From a virus: DNA of 47,800 nucleotides. The DNA lies in UHGV virus genome UHGV-0066790; one strand, 5' to 3'. The translations under genes were made by a program, and so were the position numbers. Every line of letters begins with the position of its first letter. Position 1 is the first letter of the stretch. Below, in pieces: positions 1 to 8,519 of this stretch. The notes beneath the pieces were generated by a model. That model was not told the origin of the DNA. It saw only the letters and a list, made by a program, of their open reading frames with translations, and did not search any database.

Positions 1-432
1 CTGAAAGATGAAGAAGGCGGTGAAAAGGCCGACCTGCGGGGTGCCAACCTGCGGGATGCCAACCTGTGGGGTGCCGACCTGCGGGGTGCCGACCTGCGGG
101 GGGCCAACCTGCGGGATGCCAACCTGCGGGGTGCCAACCTGCGGGATGCCAACCTGTGGGGTGCCGACCTGTGGGGGGCCAACCTGCGGGGTGCCGACGG
201 TAAAGTCCTCTCTTTCGGACCTATCGGTTCCCGACAGGGAATCACATATGTGACCAAGACCGACCAAATTATCCATATTCGATGTGGTTGTTTCTATGGT
301 ACGCTGGAAGAATTTACCGCGAAAGTTGAAGAAGAACATGGCGATTCTCAGCATGGGAAATCATACAAGGCGGCAATCGAGTTCATCAAGGCCCATGATG
401 CCGCTTGTTGGCAAGATGATGCTGAAAAATAG
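1..432 (+). CDS. Pentapeptide-repeat protein (5' end truncated by window)
   Basis: Frame 1 is open from nt 1. It translates as [20 protein letters not shown], about 12 tandem A(D/N)LXX pentapeptides encoded by 15-bp DNA repeats, then a non-repeat C-terminal domain. The track ORF 250..432 is only the tail of this frame. Confidence 0.7.
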   Translation: MKDEEGGEKADLRGANLRDANLWGADLRGADLRGANLRDANLRGANLRDANLWGADLWGANLRGADGKVLSFGPIGSRQGITYVTKTDQIIHIRCGCFYGTLEEFTAKVEEEHGDSQHGKSYKAAIEFIKAHDAACWQDDAEK

Positions 433-439
433 CAATGAA

Positions 440-461
440 GGCCCCGACAAGGGGCTTTTTT
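440..461 (+). terminator. Rho-independent terminator
   Basis: Hairpin GGCCCCGACAAGGGGC followed by TTTTTT immediately after the pentapeptide gene stop. Confidence 0.6.
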
Positions 462-494
462 AGTTCCCGCCGATGGGCGGTGAAAGGATAAAAT

Positions 495-1178
495 ATGGAA
501 GCGAAGATTTACAGCGCGATCATCGCGGTCATGCGGGATTGCGGCTCCATCGGCAAGGACAGGCAGACCAGCGGGTTCGCCTCCTTCAAGTTCCGGGGGA
601 TCGACGATGTGTACAACGCCCTGCATCCGGTCATGTCCCAACATGGCGTGTTCTGTGTGCCGGAGGTGCTGGAAACGACACGCGAGGAACGGGCGAACGC
701 CAAGGGCACGGTCATGGCCTATGTGACCGCGAAGGTGCGCTTCACGTTCTACGCCGAGGACGGTTCCAGCGTTCATTGTGTGACCGTGGGCGAAGCGATG
801 GACAGCGGGGACAAGGCATTGCCCAAGGCGCAGTCCATTGCCATGAAGTACGCCATGTTCCAGACGTTCTGCATCCCTACGGAGGAGATGCCCGACCCGG
901 ACGCCGAAACGGACCATCTCGCCCCCAGAAACGGGGCCGCACAGCAACGGGCAAAGGCGAAGGCGGAAAACGCCAGCCCGATGACGCAGGAGCAGTCAAA
1001 GGCGCTCATGGCCTATCTGACAAAACGGCATGGTGACAGCCGCGAGGCGTATCTTTCCGAACTTTCACAATTCTTTGGGCGGCCTCTTTCAAGTTCCCGT
1101 GAACTGACGAAGGCCGATGTTTCCGAATTTCTGAACGCCATCAACGGAGGACACAATGGCCAGCCTCAATCGTGTTGA
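495..1178 (+). CDS. ERF-family single-strand annealing protein (recombinase)
   Basis: Motifs FKFRGIDDV, GEAMDSGDKALPKAQSIAMKYAMFQTFCIPTEE are typical of the ERF superfamily. It sits directly upstream of ssb, the usual phage recombination module. Confidence 0.65.
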   Translation: MEAKIYSAIIAVMRDCGSIGKDRQTSGFASFKFRGIDDVYNALHPVMSQHGVFCVPEVLETTREERANAKGTVMAYVTAKVRFTFYAEDGSSVHCVTVGEAMDSGDKALPKAQSIAMKYAMFQTFCIPTEEMPDPDAETDHLAPRNGAAQQRAKAKAENASPMTQEQSKALMAYLTKRHGDSREAYLSELSQFFGRPLSSSRELTKADVSEFLNAINGGHNGQPQSC

Positions 1179-1551
1179 AATCATCGGACGCCTCGGGCGC
1201 GAACCCGAACTCAAATATTCCCAGAGCGGCGCGGCGATCTGCCGCCTCAATGTCGCTACCGACGAAAGCTACACGGATAGGGAGGGGAACCGGGTTCAAA
1301 AGGCCGAATGGCACAGCGTCGTTGTGTTCCAGAAGGCCGCCGAACATTGCGGCCAGTACCTGAGCAAGGGGAGCCTTATATTCGTGGAGGGCTCGTTGTC
1401 CACGCGGGAATGGCAGGATCAGCAGGGACAGAAGCGCTACACTACGGAAATCAAAGCGCAGCGCATCCAATTCCTCGACAAAAAGGATGGAGGAAAATCC
1501 GGTTCATCCTTCCCCTCTGAATCTTCCGGCATGGACACTATGCCCTTCTAG
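1156..1551 (+). CDS. ssb: Single-stranded DNA-binding protein
   Basis: OB-fold N-terminus MASLNRVEIIGRLGREPELKY, Gly/Ser-rich tail and the acidic C-terminal tip MDTMPF (DxxPF-like). Confidence 0.85.
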   Translation: MASLNRVEIIGRLGREPELKYSQSGAAICRLNVATDESYTDREGNRVQKAEWHSVVVFQKAAEHCGQYLSKGSLIFVEGSLSTREWQDQQGQKRYTTEIKAQRIQFLDKKDGGKSGSSFPSESSGMDTMPF

Positions 1552-1561
1552 TAGGTGAAAC

Positions 1562-2059
1562 ATGCCGACTTTCAACGAAATTCAGCAAGAACTCGCCGGG
1601 ATGCTTTCTATTCCCGATGAAGAACTTACCCCGGAACAGCGCGAGGCGATGGACGCCTACATGGATGAACTCGCTAAACTCGAAGCCGACAAGGTGGATG
1701 GGTTCGGGCAGTTCTTGAAAATTCAGTCTGCACTTGCCGAAGCTTGCAAGGAAGAGGCTAGACGCCTTGCAGCCAAGGCGAGGGCAGCGGAATCACGCCT
1801 TGCATGGCTCAAGGAACACTACACTATCGTTCTCAGGGAAAACGGCCTCAAGAAAGTATCAGGCAACGCCTACACAATCAGCGTCCGGGAATCTGAGGCG
1901 ATAGCAGTAACGGCGCAAACGGAAGAGCTTCCAGAGTTGTACCGCAGAACGAAAACAACGATGGAACCGGACAAGGCCACGATCAAAGAAGCCCTCAAGG
2001 GAGGTTTGCACATCCCCGGATGTGCTCTGGTGAAAACCTACAGCTTACAAGTACGATAA
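1562..2059 (+). CDS. Siphovirus Gp157-family protein
   Basis: 165 aa. N-terminal coiled coil (EQREAMDAYMDELAKLEADK) and C-terminal ...KATIKEALKGG..PGCALV match the Gp157 pattern. Conserved position after ssb. Confidence 0.55.
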   Translation: MPTFNEIQQELAGMLSIPDEELTPEQREAMDAYMDELAKLEADKVDGFGQFLKIQSALAEACKEEARRLAAKARAAESRLAWLKEHYTIVLRENGLKKVSGNAYTISVRESEAIAVTAQTEELPELYRRTKTTMEPDKATIKEALKGGLHIPGCALVKTYSLQVR

Positions 2060-2113
2060 CCACCCCGGCCCGGCTCACCACCGGGCCTTTCTTTTACCTA
2101 AAGGAGAACCTTT

Positions 2114-2558
2114 ATGATCAAGCTCACTGTTGAAAGTCTGTATGGCGGCGGAGCCGTGGAGCGGTTCCACGGAGAACTCGAAAAAGCCATTGCTAACATC
2201 GTTGACCCGAACACCCCTGCCAAGAAGCCTCGCAAGGTCAATCAAGTACGCCTCGAACGTGACCACCACCGTTGAAGCCAACACCGAAGATGACGGCGTT
2301 ACGCAGGCCGTCACCGTCAAGAAGGGCATTGCCGGGAAGGGAGTCGATATCCTTCCCAACCCCGTCAGACTGCGCCCCTATCGTACCTTTACCGAAGTCG
2401 AACAGCCTGAAAGCTCTTTCGTGTTCCGTTGCAAAGACAATGACGGCGTGAAGTTTGCCCTTGTTGAGGCTGACGGCGGCGCATGGAAGGGCGAGGCCAT
2501 GAAGAACATCAAGGCGTTCATGGAAGAGCACGTCCCCGGCTTGAACGTCATCGCGTAG
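2114..2558 (+). pseudogene. Hypothetical phage protein with an apparent +1 frameshift near 2265
   Basis: Strong RBS AAGGAGAACCTTT then ATG at 2114. That frame (MIKLTVESLYGGGAVERFHGELEKAIANIVDPNTPAKKPRKVNQVRLER) stops at about 2273. The +1 frame continues protein-like (TTTVEANTEDDGVTQAVTVKKGIAGKG...) to 2558, and the start of the second frame looks like an antisense artefact. Confidence 0.4.
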
Positions 2559-2568
2559 CACCCCACGC

Positions 2569-2596
2569 CCCGCCCTCCCCCGGCGGGGCTTTTCAT
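2569..2596 (+). terminator. Rho-independent terminator
   Basis: GC hairpin CCCCGCCCTCCCCCGGCGGGG followed by CTTTTC. Confidence 0.5.
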
Positions 2597-2638
2597 ACCC
2601 CAAACCGTGGGCCGCGCATACGAATCACGCGGGATGAT

Positions 2639-2872
2639 ATGCAACAAGTCACAAAAGAAAGCGTAAACTGGCATGAGTACGCACCAGCAAGAAATTGTGA
2701 GAATTGCCAGTATGGTAGACGTATTGATGTATATCAGTGCGTCTACCGCTGTGAGCTTAACGATTGGAATACCGGAGCACTGTCAATCTGCGATAAATGG
2801 ACGAAAAAGGCGGAATGGCCAAATGGGAAAGGCGGCTCACGTGGGTGTGGGTCGCCTTCTTTCTTTGGATAG
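2639..2872 (+). CDS. Small Cys-rich hypothetical protein
   Basis: ATG at 2639 (MQQVTKESVNWHEY...). CxxC..C pattern (CENCQYG...CVYRC). Confidence 0.45.
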   Translation: MQQVTKESVNWHEYAPARNCENCQYGRRIDVYQCVYRCELNDWNTGALSICDKWTKKAEWPNGKGGSRGCGSPSFFG

Positions 2873-2923
2873 TATGGATGGTGTGCAGGGGCGCGGCTGC
2901 ATGAACAACGCGCGGGGTAACAT

Positions 2924-3226
2924 ATGCTGACGGAACAGGAAAGGAAGTGGCTGGAGTTTCGGAAGTACAGAAAGGCACCATGCGGAGATGAAACGCATCA
3001 TTGCGTAGGATGCTTGGTAAGGTGTGGGTGCTCTCTCACTCCGGATTGGATAGACGCCGCCGAGTTCGAAGCACGTGTATCACGGTGTATCGCTGGGAAT
3101 GCATCAGAACTAGATATGATATCTAACAACTTGCAGTTCCTTGATGGTTTCAAAGCCAAAAGCCTAGCGTGGTACATCCTGCGGGAAGCGCGCATTGCCG
3201 TTGAAGAGGAGATGGACAATGAGTGA
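2924..3226 (+). CDS. Cys-rich hypothetical protein
   Basis: 100-aa ORF with CGDETHHCVGCLVRCGC cluster. Confidence 0.45.
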   Translation: MLTEQERKWLEFRKYRKAPCGDETHHCVGCLVRCGCSLTPDWIDAAEFEARVSRCIAGNASELDMISNNLQFLDGFKAKSLAWYILREARIAVEEEMDNE

Positions 3227-3428
3227 AACCTCCCTTGAATCCATTATGCAGTGCTCAAAAGAGGCAATCGCGCGGGCGTATATGTGCCGGGAAACGTTTG
3301 AGACACAACAAGAATGTCCTGAAAGATGTCCCAACGGATCGTGTGTGATAGGAAGAGGTCTTTGTTGGGCCGTAACCCCACAGGACTGGGAAAAGGTGCT
3401 GAACAGCGTGCAGGAGGAGAGAGGATGA
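3219..3428 (+). CDS. Small Cys-rich hypothetical protein
   Basis: Internal ATG with GAGGAG RBS. MSETSLESIMQCSKEAIARAYMCRETFETQQECPERCPNGSC. Overlaps the previous stop. Confidence 0.35.
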   Translation: MSETSLESIMQCSKEAIARAYMCRETFETQQECPERCPNGSCVIGRGLCWAVTPQDWEKVLNSVQEERG

Positions 3429-3772
3429 CCGCACAGGAATGGATTGACGAACTGGAAAGGCTGAGGGAGGCGGCGATCATGCCGCCCTATTATCTCAGGA
3501 AGAAACTCTTTTTTGGAGAGGATGAAGAAGAATACTACATCACCGATAAAGAAGAGCGCATCATCTGCCGGATGAAATACATGTCCACAGAACCGGACAA
3601 CGCCGCATACATCGTAGCCGCGTGTAACGCCGTGCCGAGGCTGGTGGAGATGCTCAGGATTGCTGTGAGTCTTATTGAAGCTCAGAATGCACAGAGAGCA
3701 CGCAAAGGAGAAAGAATACCAGATATCGACGTGATGCAGTTGCTTTTTACCATGACGGAGCCGAAAGAATGA
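3425..3772 (+). CDS. Hypothetical protein
   Basis: ATG at 3425 after GGAGGAGAGAGG. Translationally coupled to the neighbouring genes. Confidence 0.45.
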   Translation: MTAQEWIDELERLREAAIMPPYYLRKKLFFGEDEEEYYITDKEERIICRMKYMSTEPDNAAYIVAACNAVPRLVEMLRIAVSLIEAQNAQRARKGERIPDIDVMQLLFTMTEPKE

Positions 3773-4329
3773 TCACCACCGCAGAACTCGCCCGCATCCG
3801 GGCCGCCGCCATTGGCGACATGCTAGGAGACTCCAAGGAGCTCGACAAACTTGGTCCGGCGGCTACGGTTTTCAGGCTGTGCCGGGAATTGGAACTAGCT
3901 AGGAAACACGCCGTCACCATGTCAGAAGTGGCAGCCGCAGCGTGGGGCGGGGAAATCCCGTCACCGTTGCCCGGTCATGTTTCCAGTGAAGAAAAAATGG
4001 AGGAAATGTTTGACCGCCTGAATTGCCCTTTCTGCGGAGGGTCTGGTCACGTTGACGACTGCGACGAGATACAGATCAAACTCCTGCGAGAGCTCAAAAT
4101 AGTTCAACTCTATTCTGTACTGAATCGTCTTGTTTCTTTCGCGGACAATCAAATTTGCAGACATGAGGAAACGCATCGAGGAGGACTTATCTGGGAGATA
4201 TGCGATTTCTGCGGGACAAAGTGGGCCGATGATGAAGGTGGAAAGCCTGAGTTTGTGGAACCAAAAGAGATAAGTGATGCTTACTGTGCTCTTGTGGAAA
4301 TAGAAAAAATCATCGGAGAAAGAAAATGA
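3769..4329 (+). CDS. Hypothetical zinc-ribbon protein
   Basis: 186 aa with CPFCGG...C and CDFCG motifs. ATGA overlap with the upstream gene. The 3' half is AT-rich. Confidence 0.5.
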   Translation: MITTAELARIRAAAIGDMLGDSKELDKLGPAATVFRLCRELELARKHAVTMSEVAAAAWGGEIPSPLPGHVSSEEKMEEMFDRLNCPFCGGSGHVDDCDEIQIKLLRELKIVQLYSVLNRLVSFADNQICRHEETHRGGLIWEICDFCGTKWADDEGGKPEFVEPKEISDAYCALVEIEKIIGERK

Positions 4330-4676
4330 ACCTAACAAAAGAAGAGCGCGACCAGTGGCGCGAAAGACTGTTATCCTCATACACATGTTTCGATGCAGAA
4401 CACGCGACTTTCACCATCCGGCTACTTAATGCGCTGAACCAAGCCGAGGAAGAAATAGCACGGCTGGAGCAAGAAGTATTTTTCTGGCGTGAAGAGACTA
4501 AAGACGTGCGAGAAGTCTTCACCAGACAGCTAGGCTATAAAGACGCAGAGATAGCACGGTTTGAGAGAGAGTTGCACTGGCTGGCGACTATAGCGTTTGA
4601 CGGGACGGCGGGGATTTATGACAGTCCAGAAAGGCTCATGGAAGCCGCACGCGAGGCCGTGGAGAAAGGCAGATGA
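4326..4676 (+). CDS. Hypothetical protein
   Basis: 116-aa ORF with ATGA coupling to both neighbours. Confidence 0.5.
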   Translation: MNLTKEERDQWRERLLSSYTCFDAEHATFTIRLLNALNQAEEEIARLEQEVFFWREETKDVREVFTRQLGYKDAEIARFERELHWLATIAFDGTAGIYDSPERLMEAAREAVEKGR

Positions 4677-4990
4677 ACACCACAGTACAAAAAGCCATTC
4701 AAGATGGGATGAAAGCAACTGGGATAACACAAACTGAACTAGCCATTGTTTTACGCAGCAGAGCGCGTGCTTCCGAGATTATTAATGGGAAAAGGGATCT
4801 AAGGAGGACTGAACTGCTTGTACTTTCATATCTGCTCCATATCCCGCTTGAAACGCTGATGCCTCCTCTTAGTGAAGAGGATAAGCTGCATATCGACTCG
4901 CTTATTGCTTGGGAGAGAAAACTTCAAGAGACAAGATATATAAAAAAAAGAGCTTCTAAACGGAGTAAGAAATCATGTCCGAAGAACTGA
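4673..4990 (+). CDS. XRE-type helix-turn-helix DNA-binding protein
   Basis: HTH signature GITQTELAIVLRSRARASEIINGKRDL. Confidence 0.55.
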   Translation: MNTTVQKAIQDGMKATGITQTELAIVLRSRARASEIINGKRDLRRTELLVLSYLLHIPLETLMPPLSEEDKLHIDSLIAWERKLQETRYIKKRASKRSKKSCPKN

Positions 4991-5343
4991 CGTTGCTACC
5001 GTTACCGTGCCCGGCGTGTGGGCACCCTGCCGGAATTGCTAGAGCGAACGGTACAGGCTGTGCGTTCGTCATGTGCCAACATGTGAAATGCGCATTTAGT
5101 GGACCCATCAAAACAACGAGTGAAGCCGCCGTTGCCGCATGGAACAACCTGCCCCGAGCGCTGGAGTGGACGCGCGATCCACAATTGGGAGCATGGAATT
5201 GGTGGAGGGATGAATATAGCCGCATCCCTCGGTACGTCTATCAAGATGGAACCGTCGATATCGCTATGCAGATTGACCGTGTATCCTATCAAGATCTTGG
5301 TGGACAATGGTGCCCCATACCCGAACCCCGCGAGAGGATATGA
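4975..5343 (+). CDS. Lar-family restriction alleviation protein
   Basis: N-terminal LPCPACGH...C...C then AAVAAWNNLPRA, resembling the Lar family signature. Confidence 0.55.
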   Translation: MSEELTLLPLPCPACGHPAGIARANGTGCAFVMCQHVKCAFSGPIKTTSEAAVAAWNNLPRALEWTRDPQLGAWNWWRDEYSRIPRYVYQDGTVDIAMQIDRVSYQDLGGQWCPIPEPRERI

Positions 5344-5810
5344 TGGATAGCTGGATGTTGTGGAGCGAACAGCGCCCTACGGATGCCAAGATAGTATACC
5401 GCTGGCGTATCCCCGCACAGGAGATTCTGGGGCTGGTTATGCAGCCGGAATGGTCGGATAAAATCTTTTCCCCCCTATGCCAACCTGATATTTATTGTCC
5501 GAGTTGTGCGAAATGGGACGGGTGGAAATGGCATATACCCAAAGGACTAGAATGGCGCGTTGCGTCGCCGGATGAGCCGGAAGGGGAAAAGGGAGTCGTA
5601 TGGGGCGACCTTGGCTTGCTTCCATGCCCCTTCACCGGGAAACTTCCGACTGTAATCTACCATGGTCGATATATCGGGGCTCCACCATACCATGCAGAAT
5701 GGCTGGGCATAGCATCGCATATTGTCAGATCTATCGGATGGCATAGCGCCAAAGATATGCGCGACGCATGGAATATGAGGTATATACCCGAACCCCGCGA
5801 ACCGAAGTAG
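5340..5810 (+). CDS. Trp/Cys-rich hypothetical protein
   Basis: MMDSW... with RBS GAGAGGA. Shares the C-terminal peptide (Y)IPEPRE with the preceding Lar-like gene. Confidence 0.45.
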   Translation: MMDSWMLWSEQRPTDAKIVYRWRIPAQEILGLVMQPEWSDKIFSPLCQPDIYCPSCAKWDGWKWHIPKGLEWRVASPDEPEGEKGVVWGDLGLLPCPFTGKLPTVIYHGRYIGAPPYHAEWLGIASHIVRSIGWHSAKDMRDAWNMRYIPEPREPK

Positions 5811-5832
5811 CCCCGAAAGGGGCTTTCCTTTT
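5810..5832 (+). terminator. Rho-independent terminator
   Basis: GCCCCGAAAGGGGC hairpin followed by TTTCCTTTT. Confidence 0.5.
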
Positions 5833-5848
5833 AAAGAGGAGAAACGAC

Positions 5849-6343
5849 ATGCGAAGACCCATCAACCCCGTAATCCCGTACCCGCACGAGGCCATCCAGC
5901 ACACTCGCTGTGTTCTGGCCCTGTCCATGATCACCGTGGCGATTTCTTTCCTCAAGCCGGAAATGCTGGCGCAGCTTGGCGACCTTGGAAAGCAGGTCGA
6001 GAAGGTCAACCGCTGGATCGACCGATGTGCGGACGACACGCAGAAGCGCAGACTCTCCGCAGGCGCGAAGCGAGATCTGGATGCCCGGTTCCATATCCTT
6101 GCCGGGCATGTCGGGGACATTCAGGCCGCTGCCGGGGACGCTTCCCGTTGGACGCAATGGGGCGCCGGGATGTGGGCCGGGCTGACCTTTCTTGAGGACT
6201 GCCGGAACACTTGCCCCGCCTACTTCCAAGGCCTTCACTGGCACAACATGCTCAAGACGCTGACCACGCTGTGCAATGCGCTCGAAAAGGTCGACCCGCA
6301 GATAGCAGAGATTGGGACGCGGGTGTACGAGCGGGCCGCGTAG
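5849..6343 (+). CDS. Hypothetical protein
   Basis: ATG at 5849 preceded by AAGAGGAGAAACGAC. 164 aa with a hydrophobic N-terminal segment. Confidence 0.5.
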   Translation: MRRPINPVIPYPHEAIQHTRCVLALSMITVAISFLKPEMLAQLGDLGKQVEKVNRWIDRCADDTQKRRLSAGAKRDLDARFHILAGHVGDIQAAAGDASRWTQWGAGMWAGLTFLEDCRNTCPAYFQGLHWHNMLKTLTTLCNALEKVDPQIAEIGTRVYERAA

Positions 6344-6359
6344 GATGAAAGGAGAAAGG

Positions 6360-6572
6360 ATGGAAACGACAATCTCGGAAATCCGCTCAATCGTACAGCG
6401 GCGTCGGGAGTTAGAGATTGAAGACCAACGTCTCTACCAACGGTTTCTCGAACTGCTCGAACTCAATCAGGGGGCTAGAAAATCTTCACGCGATACGCTA
6501 TCCCTCAAAGCAGGGAAGGCGTTTTTTGCTGACGTGAAAAGGAAATCCCATGAGCGTAGCAAAGCGCGGTGA
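6360..6572 (+). CDS. Small coiled-coil protein (possibly excisionase or regulator)
   Basis: ATG at 6360 after AAAGGAGAAAGG. Immediately upstream of int and overlapping it. Confidence 0.35.
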   Translation: METTISEIRSIVQRRRELEIEDQRLYQRFLELLELNQGARKSSRDTLSLKAGKAFFADVKRKSHERSKAR

Positions 6573-7608
6573 CGGCAGATGGGCCGTCAAGTTCAAGGAT
6601 GAGGAGGGGCGCTGGAGACAGCGCTCTTTCCGTACTGAGGAAGATGCCCGGCAGTTCGATGCGGATTGCCAGTATGATGCGGTGGAAAACACACGCTTGA
6701 CGCTGTTAGAGGCGGTGCTGGTGTACTTAAAAAACACCGAACACGCCGAGAAGACCGTAGGGATTTATGAGTTCATTGTGTGCGGGCATGATCGAAAGAA
6801 TGGGGAACACAGAGAGGGGCCAGCGGAGTTCCTTGCAAACAGATTCGTGGATACATTGACTCGTCGTGACCTCGAAACTGTACGTGAGCGGTGCAGGAAT
6901 GACGGCCTCTCAACAGCAAGTATCAATATCTATGTCGGAAAGATCAAGGCTGCACTCAGTTGGTGCGTTGAACAAGACTTACTCCATGAAAACCCTTGGG
7001 AAAAATATCGACAACTCCCCGGCGTAAGAAACAAGCCACGGACAGGAACATTGGAAGACTTCCACAAACTCTTTCCTGTGCTCCCACCGTGGCTTCAATG
7101 GGCAGCAAAAACAGCCATTGCCCTATGCTTACGTCCCGGCGTGTCCGAACTTTTCCGATTGGAATGGTCGGCATTCGACTGGAAGGCTAGAACCGTGAGC
7201 GTTTACATGCCCAAAGTAGATAGCACCAAAATGGTATTTCCACCAGAGGAATATCTTCAGGAGGCCTGGGTACGCTACCAAGATGATGCGATAAACGGAC
7301 AAAGTTTGGTTTGTAGAAATAGAAAGGGAGGACGTGTGAATAAAGGGCTTTATGAGATTGCATGGAGGCGGGCTTGCCGAAAGGCCGAAGTGTCTATGCC
7401 TATGTATGCCCTGCGACATATCGCCGCGTCCGAGATGCTTTCAAGAGGCGTGGACATCGCCGCAATAGCTGCGCAGCTTGGGCACAAAGATATTACCACC
7501 ACAGGAATTTTCTACACACACGCTCTTGCCTCTTCCCAACGTCGAGCTGCGGCCGCACTCTCTTCTTGCACCAATTTGGTGCAGATTGGTGCGGCAAATA
7601 GCATCTAA
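6550..7608 (+). CDS. int: Tyrosine site-specific integrase
   Basis: C-terminal catalytic region ALRHIAASEMLSRGVDIAAIAAQLGHKDITTTGIFYTH (R...HxxR...Y) plus an N-terminal SAM-like domain. Confidence 0.85.
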   Translation: MSVAKRGDGRWAVKFKDEEGRWRQRSFRTEEDARQFDADCQYDAVENTRLTLLEAVLVYLKNTEHAEKTVGIYEFIVCGHDRKNGEHREGPAEFLANRFVDTLTRRDLETVRERCRNDGLSTASINIYVGKIKAALSWCVEQDLLHENPWEKYRQLPGVRNKPRTGTLEDFHKLFPVLPPWLQWAAKTAIALCLRPGVSELFRLEWSAFDWKARTVSVYMPKVDSTKMVFPPEEYLQEAWVRYQDDAINGQSLVCRNRKGGRVNKGLYEIAWRRACRKAEVSMPMYALRHIAASEMLSRGVDIAAIAAQLGHKDITTTGIFYTHALASSQRRAAAALSSCTNLVQIGAANSI

Positions 7609-7720
7609 AATAAATATTATCAATAAGTTATGTAAAAACTTTGCTTTTTCCGCGAAAAAGCACATACATAATTTATTCCAATAAGTAACGAACATCCTGC
7701 ACCAAACAGCTTGGTGCAGA
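7570..7720. promoter_or_regulatory. Candidate attP / integrase-binding region
   Basis: TTGGTGCAG(A) occurs at about 7576, 7587 and 7711, with an inverted copy TGCACCAA at 7698. These flank an AT-rich 90-bp stretch directly downstream of the int stop. Confidence 0.35.
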
Positions 7721-7781
7721 CGGCAAAAAGCGTCTTCCCAACGCCTCAAAAAAGCGAGCATCGGTATGCTGTGTGAATGCG

Positions 7782-7822
7782 AAAAACCCCCTCTCGGTTC
7801 GCGCCGGGAGGGGGTTTTTTTT
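7782..7822. terminator. Bidirectional rho-independent terminator
   Basis: Hairpin CCCCCTCTCGGTTCGCGCCGGGAGGGGG with AAAAA before and TTTTTTTT after. It separates the convergent int (+) and tail operon (-). Confidence 0.65.
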
Positions 7823-7828
7823 GTATCT

Positions 7829-8059
7829 TCAATCCGACTTCTTCGCCACGAATCGGATCTCATCCCGGTGTTCTGGCAACCATCTGCACTTGTGCAGGCA
7901 CCACCACGGAGTGATGATGAACCGACCATCAGCTTTCGCTTTCCTGTCGGGATGAGCACCCGACACGGCACAGTCCAGAGAACATAACATCAGGGCTTGG
8001 ACGCGCTCACCGTGTGGGCAACGTAAGTTTTCCTCTTCTTCGGGCATGGGTAGTGGCAT
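7829..8059 (-). CDS. Small Cys/His-rich protein at the end of the tail operon
   Basis: Excellent RBS AAAAAAGGAGGAAGGCC then ATG. 76 aa with a C..H...C..C...H...C..C pattern. Confidence 0.45.
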   Translation of the reverse strand: MPLPMPEEEENLRCPHGERVQALMLCSLDCAVSGAHPDRKAKADGRFIITPWWCLHKCRWLPEHRDEIRFVAKKSD

Positions 8060-8111
8060 GGCCTTCCTCCTTTTTTCTAAAGAGTCTAGCCATGCCTACG
8101 ATTTTTGCAAA

Positions 8112-8510
8112 TCACGGCTCTACAGGCCACGGACACGCCGGATCATCCGGCCCATTCCACGGAAAGCCCAGTTGTTCGGGCAGATCACGCAACGCTTGGC
8201 GGTACACCTTGATCTCTTCAAGCTTTTCTTGTGAGAGCGGATAATCCGACATGACAAGGTAATCAGTCTCAGCAATACGTTTATTACGCTCGGCGCGTAC
8301 GCGAGCCGCGAGATCTTCCTGCGTCGGTACGGGAGGGACATAAGGCTGTTCCTCGGTCACGCATTCGGGGTGCGCCTCGGCGTAAGCATCCACTTCATCC
8401 CACTCCTGTGCATATTCGGCGGAACAGGGGTAAACATGATAGGGCATTCCGTTTTTCGTGATGACGTATGAATCGTCAAAAATCCGATGAATAATGTGAG
8501 AATAATCCAT
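8112..8510 (-). CDS. Tail fiber assembly protein (Tfa/gpU/gpG-like chaperone)
   Basis: C-terminal ...ETDYLVMSDYP...YRQALRDLPEQLGFPWNGPDDPACPWPVEP matches the conserved Tfa C-terminus. Immediately downstream of the tail fiber gene. Confidence 0.7.
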   Translation of the reverse strand: MDYSHIIHRIFDDSYVITKNGMPYHVYPCSAEYAQEWDEVDAYAEAHPECVTEEQPYVPPVPTQEDLAARVRAERNKRIAETDYLVMSDYPLSQEKLEEIKVYRQALRDLPEQLGFPWNGPDDPACPWPVEP

Positions 8511-8519
8511 TTTTTACTC

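Noticed and set aside
30-200. Tandem 15-bp DNA repeats that could be mistaken for a CRISPR-like or VNTR array
   Set aside because: The repeats are in frame and encode a pentapeptide-repeat protein, with no spacers. The scaffold repeats at 28.1-28.6 kb are likewise coding duplications, not CRISPR.
7609-7830. tRNA or tmRNA gene at the integrase-adjacent att region
   Set aside because: No acceptor or T-arm-like sequence (GGTTCGAATCC..CCA) could be found. Only arm-type repeats and a terminator.
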